A stretch of 64,000 bases of DNA from Owenia fusiformis. Its lineage: Eukaryota. The position numbers and the translations under genes are program-made. Positions 1 through 10,700 of this stretch are shown piece by piece (position 1 is the first letter of the stretch; every line of letters begins with the position of its first letter). Below the pieces are notes generated by a model. That model was not told the origin of the DNA. It ran no database searches and saw only the letters and a list, made by a program, of their open reading frames with translations. The stretch lies in contig CAIIXF020000001.1 of the NCBI GenBank assembly GCA_903813345.2, positions 8,742,001 through 8,806,000 of the forward strand, read 5' to 3'.

Positions 1-63
1 CTGAACTTTTTTTCTCTGACCTAAAATTTGGGCCCGCCTTGTTGGTTCCCAGATCCGCCCCTG
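1..63. mobile_element. Probable right end of a small non-autonomous DNA element cut by the window edge
   Basis: Ends in AGATCCGCCCCTG, the reverse complement of CAGGGGCGGATCT, a terminus style common in invertebrate MITEs. The partner end is outside the window. Confidence 0.3.
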
Positions 64-155
64 CCACCTGTCATTTGTTACAAATGCTGGCCGGCACTTT
101 TGGTGGTGACATAATAAATATAATCATAATAGCCCAAAACGAATCTTGTTATTAA

Positions 156-2980
156 CACCCCGACATTTGAACTCGGAATCCTACAAATACTCGGACTTCA
201 GCAAACATGAGGTTTGGGCAAATTAGGTTCAATTATTATGCCCGGCATAAGAGAAGATCTGTTGTTATGCCGGGCATAAGAGTAGATCTGTTGTTATGCC
301 GGGCATAAGAGTAGATCTGTTCTTATGCCGGGCATAAGAGTAGATCTGTTCTTATGCCCGGCATAAGAGTAGATCTGTTCTTATGCCCGGCATAAGAGTA
401 GATCTGTTCTTATGCCGGGCATAAGAGTAGATCTGTTCTTATGCCCGGCATAAGAGTAGATCTGTTCTTATGCCCGGCATAAGAGAAGATCTGTTCTTAT
501 GCCCGGCATAAGAGAAGATCTGTTCTTATGCCCGGCATAAGAGAAGATCTGTTTTTATGCCTGGCATAAGAATAGATCTGTTCTTATGCCCAGCTTAAGA
601 GAAAATCTTCTTATTTCGGCTTGAGATAAGATCAAGAGTAGAGACATGGAACACAAAAACATGCAGATTTATGTAGATCATTTAACAAAATTCCTTAAAT
701 TACAATTGATATTATACTTTATTTTCAGTCATGCCAACGCTGTTATGATCATTTGGCAACTATTTAAACACTTCTTTACAACACAATAGTCACATTTTTA
801 TCATTTTAAAGAATATAGGAGTTTAGCATAATTAAATAGTTGGAAATAATTGATGTCTAGCCCATTTACAGGAAAAGAATCTTAGGCCTAAAGCAGTTCC
901 CCAACATCATTCAAACATCACATTTATACTATGATTTTAACATCATAATGCTACCATTTCTTTTTCTTCATTTATTAAGAAAATCCACAGATCCTTCGGT
1001 AAGACCTTATATATCATTGGTTTTTTAGTCTTTTAAAACAACATAAATAATTGAAAATAAATATGAATATTGGCTATTTTGTTTAAAATATTTGGCTTGA
1101 TTTTGGTCAGCTGAAATCACCAAAATGACCTGCGGTCAATAAGTTTATATAGCCACCAGTAAGATACTGCTTGTTTTAAGTGCAGATTGAATTACAATGT
1201 TTACTATTGTCCACATACTGATACAGGATAAAAGGTTAAGTTAAGATAGTTAGAGACCATTCAGATATTTGGTGCAGGATTTTATAGTTTACATCTAGAC
1301 ATAGTTCTATAACTAATCCCAAATAATTTATTTGAAGACTCAGAAACTGATCCAATATGCCAACTTACACTTACAATACTACGAAATGTAATTATAGATG
1401 TTAGATATCTTGTACTTTCAGAAGAAATGAAGAAGAAAGTAGATTTCTAATTTAGCCTACATGTAATGTATGGCCCTGTAGTGACCCTTGACCAATTAGT
1501 CATTTATCACAGTTGGAAAAGATATATCTTTGATGTCTTTAAATGGATAAAAATCTTATCTTGACCTATGGCCCAAGAATTTTTTTAAATAAAAATATTT
1601 TTTTCAAAGAATCAAAGAAAAGTGTGAAAAAATCTAGAGAATCCCCATACCTTCTATGTTAACATTTCCTGAATTTTTATCATATGACTGCCATCTATAA
1701 ATGGAATTAGCTTAGGCTAAAAGGGCTTATTCACTCTTGTTACAAAGAATTCATTTTTTTTTATTCCTTTAGAGTTGACACTTTCCACTATTGCAGGTCA
1801 AAAGACAATTGACTGTCATTAAAGCTGAACTAAGAACCACATTCATCCATTCAATTATTGAATATTAAACACAAATGAAATCTAAACCTTTCCTGTTACA
1901 TGTAGTGCACTGAAGCTATTTATATATTAATCACATATATGCTTTATCCCTAAATTAATACCTTGTAATACAATGCATGTTACATTTTATGTTTTTGTAT
2001 TTCCAGGTTTGTGCTGTGCCTTTCCTAACCCTGCTTAACAACTAGAGCCTTTGTAGTGAACTCTCACCCTCACCCATTCTGCCAGTATAATTGTACACAG
2101 CCACTTGGGCCTATTAGTTAGCATGCTGTAGAACCGTGCTTGGCTTCTAGACACTGCTAAAAACTGTACTCTCGGTAGAGGAAACATACCTCTTGGTGTT
2201 CTTGACACTATTACTCTAATATAAAATATACTTTTTTTCTCATTGGAATATGTACTAACTTTACTCCTGTTATATTTCTAAGCAGATGCCTCAAGTTGAA
2301 AATTCAATATTGTTTGAATTCTCAAACTTTATAAACTTAACTTACCCTATATTCCCTACAAGACTACGTTGCATGATTTTATAACCATATTCAATTTTGT
2401 TAAAACTGATAGCAGAGGAATATACCAGGAGTACAGTATCATCTTCTTGAACAATATTTGAACTGCACAATCAACACAATCTGATAATGCATCTAACAGT
2501 TGTTCATATTTCCAATCTCACCAATAGTATGTTGTTATGTTTCTTGCTATTATTTACAAAGTCTTATTTCATTAAACATCCAGAATTTTGCAATTGTTTA
2601 ATTAAAACACCTTAAAGTTTAATTCACTTTGTACCTCTTATTTACACTTCCATTCAAATGTTTGGCCTCAACTCTTATAATTAGGCCTAGTGGATATTTT
2701 TTCTCCACCTGTGTGTCTGAGATAACATATTCATATTCTGTATCTAAGCTCATTGAAATAAATGTAATAAATGATCTCAAAAATATATAACATAGTCTAA
2801 CATTTGGAAATCCTCTCTTTCTTTATTTCAACTCAGGTCTGTAGGGCTGTCAACAATAAATAGAGATAGGCCATTCAGAGTGTAATGCATTATGTTTAGT
2901 GTTCAATCCCTGTTATGATTTAGGATTTTTTCAGAAACCAAAGCTCTCTTCAGATTTGTACTCTTGTCAGTACTTTAAAC
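156..2980 (+). repeat. Left inverted arm (composite TIR)
   Basis: Blocks matching the right arm: 156-~600 near-identical, ~630-750 diverged, ~1775-1920 diverged, 1946-2942 near-identical, ~2946-2980 diverged. No visible partner for ~750-1770. Confidence 0.85.
236..625 (+). repeat. Subterminal tandem array of a 29-bp palindromic unit (13 copies plus a degenerate one)
   Basis: Unit TCTTATGCC(G/C)GGCATAAGAG(T/A)AGATCTGT. The TTATGCC core recurs every 29 bp from 236 to 584. No spacers. Confidence 0.95.
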
Positions 2981-3146
2981 ATATAATTAAAAAGTTTTAA
3001 AACCTCTGTCGATAGGATTCCTGTTTAAAGTTATTTCTGTTCAACATCCATACAGTCCTGCATTATAACAATCCATGTCAATGGATAAGTGAAGAGTAGT
3101 TGTATGAAATAATTTTGTTACAAAAAATTGCAAAAAATTATATCAG

Positions 3147-4060
3147 TTTTTAGCTCACACAGTGAGCCTATTGGATTTACAAGGCGTCCATCCGTCCGTT
3201 GGGCCATCCGTCCGTCAACATTGGCCGCATAAATTAAAACTGCTATTTGGATTAAGTCATATCCACATTCATTTTATGCATATCCATATTGCCTATTTGA
3301 CCTATCATCGCCATTTCCCAATTTTGCCCGTTTTCTGAGAAATTGCTTTTTTGATGTCAAAAAGTCAAATTTTCTGTAAATACTAATCTCTTTGTTGAAG
3401 TAGAACTTTTAAATAACTTGTAGTAGTTGCTGTATATGCAACTTATGTCCTCTGAAGATTTCAAAGCTCTTGGAATTACAGTTTTTGGTGTTTACTCTAT
3501 AAATTTTACAAAAAGTAGGACTTTTTGAAACTTTCTCTTGTATAAAGTCAATGGTAGGTTTTGTGATTGACAAGTTTCTCAAAGTTTGCCTTATACTTGA
3601 TGAATTACATTATTACAAGATTTAAGCATTCCCTACATATTGCTCAATATATGTCAGCATAAAATTTTTACCGTTTTTGAGATATTTTACGTCAAAAAAC
3701 AGTAAAAATAAGTTTTAACTTGTTTCAATTTGACCAAAATTTTTTGGCAAATCATCTACAAGTTGCCAGGAGTTCAAATCTGACATTAGTTTTAGGATTT
3801 GACCTTTACTTGACATTCGAAATGTCAAAAAAGTTGATTTTTCAAATTGAATTTTGGATGTAAATTTTGGTCAACTTAATAACAAAAGACCTGACTGATT
3901 TCTGAATAAGTAAAATTTTCAAGCTCAAAGTTCATCTTTTTTGGTCACACAACTGTGCTATCTAAGTTTCTAAAAGTTCGAGACTACAAATCCAAATCAA
4001 TATTTTTGTTATAAAGTCATGATATACTTTCCTCTGAAGATTCCAAACTGTGTCACCATT
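3147..4060 (+). mobile_element. Helentron-associated (HINE/DINE-1-like) non-autonomous element; 3' end uncertain
   Basis: Begins in a T-run with the hairpin GCTCACACAGTGAGC, followed by a (GTCC/CCGT)n-like microsatellite. The same head recurs on the minus strand at 54420-54497. Confidence 0.55.
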
Positions 4061-4095
4061 TGCTAAATTGATAATAGCCTTAATTATTCAATACA

Positions 4096-4660
4096 TAGAG
4101 GTTCTTATATATGTTCTTGATGAGCTTTGATAATTCTTCTTTATCAAGTCGCAGACGAGATAAAGAAATATTATCAAAGCGAGTCAAGAATGGACGATCT
4201 TGCACAGGTACGAGTATAAGAATGTTTTACTCATACGACTCTGTATTATGCCATATTTTCACCTTTTTAAAATAAAACTGAGTGAAAAATAGCTCGAAAA
4301 ATACATGGTAAATACATGGATACACGTGGCAACAAAGCTACATTGTTATGACGTCACAGCTAAGTTTTGTAGAATGAGCATGGATAAGCATAGCAACGGT
4401 GTAGTCATTGCCATGTTGTTGATGTTTATAAACCAGTGATGTCACAAAGTAAATCTCATCTTGCACGTGTGACTCTTTAGGATGAAAGATGGCAATTTCT
4501 CATATGACTAACAAAGATACAGCCATCTTTGCCCCATGATAAAGAAGAATTATCAAAGCTTGTCAAAAATGGACGATCTAGCACAGGTACTCATATAAGA
4601 ACCTCTATATCTTTCATGGGGTAAAGATGGCTGTATCTTTGTTAGTCATATGAGAAATTA
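4096..4660. mobile_element. Unclassified MITE/foldback with interleaved inverted repeats
   Basis: ATAGAGGTTCTTATAT (4096) pairs with ATATAAGAACCTCTAT (~4593-4608). 4123-4145 pairs with 4538-4560, and 4494-4540 pairs with 4610-4659. Confidence 0.55.
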
Positions 4661-4773
4661 TAATCTGTATATAGTAGTCACAAAAATGTATGGTGGTAGG
4701 TGACATGTCTACTACTATTTTATTCAGGAGTCAATGTAAAAATTGTCTTGAGTTGGTGTTCACTTTTGTGTCT

Positions 4774-7700
4774 TTAATAAAACTCTTCTCTATAATTTTC
4801 TGCCCAGTCACGTATTTTTTTGGGTATGATTGCCATTGGAGTCAAAGAAAATGAATGTTTTATAATGTAGTTTTTGTTGACTTCTTCTACCACTGGGCCA
4901 TTCTTTCTGTATTCTTTATAGTGACCCTTATGCAGAACATACCATTGGATCTTGTATGTTCCTTTCTTATCATTTATTCTGATCAGCTTAGCCACTTGGG
5001 GCCATTCCCCTGCATATCGTGGGTGATCTAGCAATAAAAATTGGCCAATTTTTGGTTTCTCCTCTTCTTGGACCTTTTTTGGTAACACCTTAATCTGTAA
5101 ATAAGAATATTATCATGATGACTACTGATCTTAAAACTAAATTTTATTAAAATACAGAATTTACGAAATTACAGCACATGCCTGTGTTTACACACACAAG
5201 CCTACCATGTGACCAGGTTTAAAAGGAATACAGGCTACAGTGAAGTTGCAGGTTGCTTTTTCATATTTCTGAAGCTAAACTAGATTTTCCATATCTTCCA
5301 AGTGTTCTACAATTCAATTTATAGATTCATTGAGCAGTTTGCAGGATATTATAACAAAAAAGCCCTGTAGATAGAGAATTCATGCTCTATTTGCACATTC
5401 ACTGTGGCATGTATCTCAAAAGGAATATAGATTACAGTTTAGATTCAAATGCCGGAACGTTTGTTTATTTCCATATTTCTAAAGCTTAACTAGATTTTAA
5501 AGTACTCTACTATCCATTGTATAGATCCATCTAGCAATTTGCCGAATATTGATACCAGAAAAACCCTATATAGTCAAAAATTGAGAATATCTGCTCCATT
5601 TACACTTCACTGTAGCCTGTATTCCTTTTAAGCATGCTTATCACGTGGTAGGGTATTTTGCCATAGTTCACCTTACAAATCATTTCACATTAACATTCAG
5701 TTTTATTTTGTCATTTTAACTATAGCCAAAACATTAATCATTTCCATATTTCAAATATTGTTTTCAAATCCGTGGAAAAAAGTGATATCTGTGGAATATT
5801 CTTCGTATTCAACAGATATTGCTTTTTTCCATGCATTTGCAAAATATCATGAATATACATACATGTTTTTCTACCTCAGCCATGGGATAATTGTAGGATA
5901 TCCTATGATTTTACGGAATATCATTTTTATCTCGAGGTAATATTGATATCTGCACGAGAGAGCAAAGCGATAAGATAACTTATAACATTGATTTTACTAG
6001 TAAATTTCACATTTACTTATATTTTTCAGTTGAACATTTCAAAATCAAACTTACTGTACACGTTCTTTCTACACCGGATGATACATCAGGGTGTGTATGC
6101 TCTGTTACTTCTGGCTCCCTACATGTTTTCTGTTTCATCATGAGTTCCTTTATTGGAAATCGTATTCCTTCTTCCTGGCCTATAAAAATCATTCGAAAAT
6201 ATATTAAGGTTAAATGGTAATTTAATTGTTTAGGTTTATCATGTAGTCTAATAAAGTACAGTGTCTTTGATGATTGCCTTTCATTAACACATATGGCTTA
6301 GTTTTAGAAATATCACAAAGGAGCATGTAGGTTATCGCAGACAATTTCAGAAGGTTATATCTTGGATTATGACTATTTTTAACAATGAAGACAGGTTTAT
6401 CTTTTAGATCAATTCATTATCTCAAAGAAAATTATATACAGTTATAATAAAGTCAAACAAACTCAGAGATTTTTAACTAGCAATCAAACCATCAACACAC
6501 TTTGCAAATAGTAGGGCTGTAGGTTCATGTGCACACGGTATAAAAGCAAAAGGAAATGCACAAAGTTTGACATTTTAATTCAAAAGATATGCCTGAAATG
6601 TTGTCATCGGAAGAAGATGATGATGGCTCATAGAGTCTCTTATAATGAACAAACACATGAATGTGCTCATCTAAACTTTTAAAGATTAAAGTACAACAGT
6701 TATGTAGAGTCCAGAGTAACCTTTTAGAAATTGTTATATTTTATGTGTGTTTCAAATGTTGCCCTTTGTGCTTCCTCACTTTGATTTGAAATAATAATTC
6801 AGCATTTTATGTTTGTTTCAAATGTTGCCCTTTGTGCTTCCTCACTTTGATTTGAAATAATAATTCAGCATTTTACTGCCATTTAATGCAAACTATATTT
6901 GAGCAATTGATCTAAAAAACAGATCAATATACAATCTATTGAAATGCATTTTTGATTTGTTAATTACTTTTTGTGTTTTTGTAATATTGCCCCTAGTTCT
7001 TTCTCATTATGATGTAAATCAATAAACTCTATATTTTTTCTGACACATTAATTCTGTCCTTTAATAGACTGAATAGATGTAAATGATTTATGGTACACTA
7101 ATTCTGTTAGTTCTCACTATACGTGGTATTCACTGACGTTGGGTGATCAGGTGATCTTTGGAGGCAGTGATTAAGCGGGGATGAATCTAGGCACATTTTC
7201 AGAATTATTGATTTTGGACATTCTGTTTATCTTATTCAACAGTTTGATACTTTTCACTCTCTGTCTAAAATCCATGATCCGATTTCACAATCCTCTTATT
7301 TCAAAAGCAAAACTTGTTTTTATGTTACCTGCTTGATTCATATTTTGGAACTCTTCCCATTTGGCAACATCTCTATCTGTGAAGGTACCCTTTTGCCTCT
7401 TCTTCACCTTAAGTTTAAAAAAAATAAAGATTAGAATGAAAATCATGTTATATTACAGTAATCAATGGCTTAGAAAACGTTAAATATGACCTTTGGAGGA
7501 ATACTGTATCATCAATTTGATTCCTTTTAAATGCAATAAATGCACTTTTGATTTGTAAAGGAATGTCAAAGTGCTCTAATTAAAAAGTGAGTGTTTAGAG
7601 GTTGTTAGGAAATCCCTGGAATAAATGCGACATCATTCGCCATGCCATCCAACCTTTAAGAACTTTATATTCACATTCAGGAAGCTTTTAAAATTGACTG

Positions 7701-10700
7701 TATAATTATTAAAAACAATTTTCTCCATTTTTTATTCAATTTTTTACTCATTAAATTTTCAAAAACCAACAATAATTTTTCAAACAAAAAGGGGAATCAA
7801 ACTATTTTAAGGGTGAAAATATAACAAAATGCACCTTCTTTATGTCCTGAATTGTTAATTCAAGATCATCCAGTAACTTTGGGGAAATGCGCTCTGGGAA
7901 ACCACTTGGTACACTGTCCAACAGTGGATCCTTTATTTTGGTCCATTCCTGAAGAATAATGAAATAGCATTTTATATATTTCAAAAATTATTACACTATC
8001 TCTCCCAAAGATAAATGATAATTTTTTAAGCCATTAGTTTAGTTTGTCCATCCATCCATCTGGAGCTTAACTCAAATATTTGTGGACTGATCTTATTCAT
8101 TCAAGAAATGCCTTTAATTATTGTGAGATGTTTATTAAATGAAAGGTAATCAGGCATATTAATTTATTTGGTTTTTTTTTGTCTCATACAATACCAAATG
8201 TCCACATACATTTAGACTGAACTTTTGAGATCTATCTGAAGTCTTTAATGTTGTGGTTTGTTTTGTACCCCATCAAATCCAAAATGTTACAGAAGAATGC
8301 TTATTGTGCCATTTTGTTTATACAGGGTGTTCCATATAGTTCAGGAATGATGCTGTATTTAGTGAGTTTCTTTTCAATCAAGTTGAAATTTGAACAAAAT
8401 GTGTCCAAATATGTTGTGAATAAGTTTGGAAATATAAAATATATTTTGCCGGTTGTTACACCTGCTCCACCTACTCTACCCCTGGATTACTATAGCAACC
8501 ATATTATCATGTCTACTGACCTGCATGACATAAAACTTTCTCAATTCATTCACAATAAACATGGACACATTTTGTAAAACATTCTGCTAGATTGAAAAGA
8601 AAACAACTAAAATACAGCATCATTCCTGAAACATACAGAACACCCTGTATTTTAAAATCCAAATTAATTAAAATACTTATATTCCGATATTGGTAAACAT
8701 TCTATCAAAATTAAATGAATCTATTTAATTATTTGCTTCTCTGCTTATCTAAATTCAATAGCAAGTTGGTACCTCATCTGTAGACCACATTTTCCAATAA
8801 ATGATTGCTTTTCCTCCAGCCTCTTTGGAAATCCAAAAGCAGTGCGGTTTGGAGTGGCCTAGGAAACAAAAAAATCAAACTAATAATATAGATTCAACTA
8901 TGAACATGTACGATAAAATGTCTTGAAATTTGAAAACTTGGACTGGCTAAAAGTACTCATTATTAAGACAAAGAAAAGCATATGGAGTTTCCGAACAATC
9001 CTAACATTGATAGTCATTTTTATCTGATAACTTAAGTGTTATATGGATTTATAATGTTGATCCTAACCTGTAAGGTTAGCCATGTGAGGGGCAAACCACG
9101 ATGCAACATCCCACACATCTGATGTATATACACTGGTTGGGGCTTCTTTTCCATCTACACAATGCTCGTAGTTATCCATGAGCTGTTCAATTGTCTTGGA
9201 GTTGTTTTTCCTCAATTTACGACCAAAGCTACAACAAAGTAGATGCTTAAGATATATCTTGTTCATAAAATACATACACTCAAAGAATCTCCCCAGATAT
9301 TGCATATTGCAAATTGCAGACTGTTACAAAATGATCATTGTTAAATGTAAAGAAAGACAAATAGCCTAGTTAATACATTTTAATCTTTGTATTAACATAA
9401 TTCTCAAATATGCAGTCTATGGTATGTCATGTATGTACTTTAAGTCACTGGATATTTATATGTGAACATATTTGCTTTTCTATTAATCATGGGCTTTCAA
9501 GAGAAGGGTATGCAACTACTGTGTTATAAACACGAGAAGTTCAAAATGAGCAGTGTCATGCCTCTCTTTTTGATAATATTTCAAAAAGTTTTAGATAAAT
9601 GTCTTAGTATTATATTTGAAGAAAAATTAATTTTGAATATGATTAATGCATAAAACATGTTAAATTTCCTTTAAATTAAACAAAAGCAGCCATAAGAAAA
9701 ATAGGTATCAAATAGATTATTCAAGAACACATTCCAATAGAAATATTAAATATAATTTGTTGGAGAATGTTCACATTCATTATTGCCATAATTATGATGA
9801 ATTCCATATTATATTAAATTATCAACATGTATGCTGATATTCATGTTTTTATTTTTGAGATATTTCTTTAAATCATACATGAAAAGTACAAAATAAGATT
9901 TTTATTGGAATGTTTACTGGAAGCATTTTTTCTCCAATTTTGAAAACCCAATGCGAAACTTATGTGTGAAATGTGGGTAGTTTCATACCCTCCTGTCATT
10001 CTGTTGAAAACCCATTCGTAATATATTTTACAATACCTTGAAAACAACTGATCTATGTCCTCGTGGGTGTGACCCACCATGAGGAAAGATACATAAATAT
10101 CTTTAAAGACATCAAGCTCGACGAGCAGACATAAGAAGGAGAGCATGTATCTGGAACAAAATATTTGTATGTTTTATTCTTACATTCTATCTCAAATGAT
10201 ACTGATGATATTCATAGCTATTCAAGCCAATACAAGAAGATTTGTATATGAGTTTTAAATAGATTTAACCAACACTTTTTGATAAATCATGAAATCAATT
10301 GACTTTTGTCAGTATTTCAAACAAATGAATGTACATGAATACAAGTACATGTAGCCATCTATATATTTCTTGTAATTCAATATTTACAGGGCTTTATTTT
10401 ATGGTATACCCATGTTATTTTGTGATAACAAACTGTGTAGGAGATATTATCCAAATTGATTTAATTTTTTATTTCAATCTATTTACCTGTTCTTGTTCTC
10501 ACGCCAACAATTGTCCATTTGCAAGAATAGGGCAGGTGGTAGTGATGAAAGTGAATTTAGTATTGTGATTAAAACCGATATGTTCAAGTTTGATCCATGG
10601 GAGTACTCATATGAATCAAACGCTCCATAGTTAGCTATGCCATGCACCTTTGCACCGATTAAATGTGTCTTTAGCTTACAAATGGATGCTGAAAATACAG

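Noticed and set aside
152-160. piggyBac or CACTA assignment from TTAA and CAC ends
   Set aside because: The enclosed transposase motifs are not those of piggyBac or EnSpm/CACTA.
236-625. CRISPR-like palindromic repeats (also 18198-18533)
   Set aside because: The units abut with no unique spacers, there are no cas genes, the context is eukaryotic, and the arrays are part of the transposon arms.
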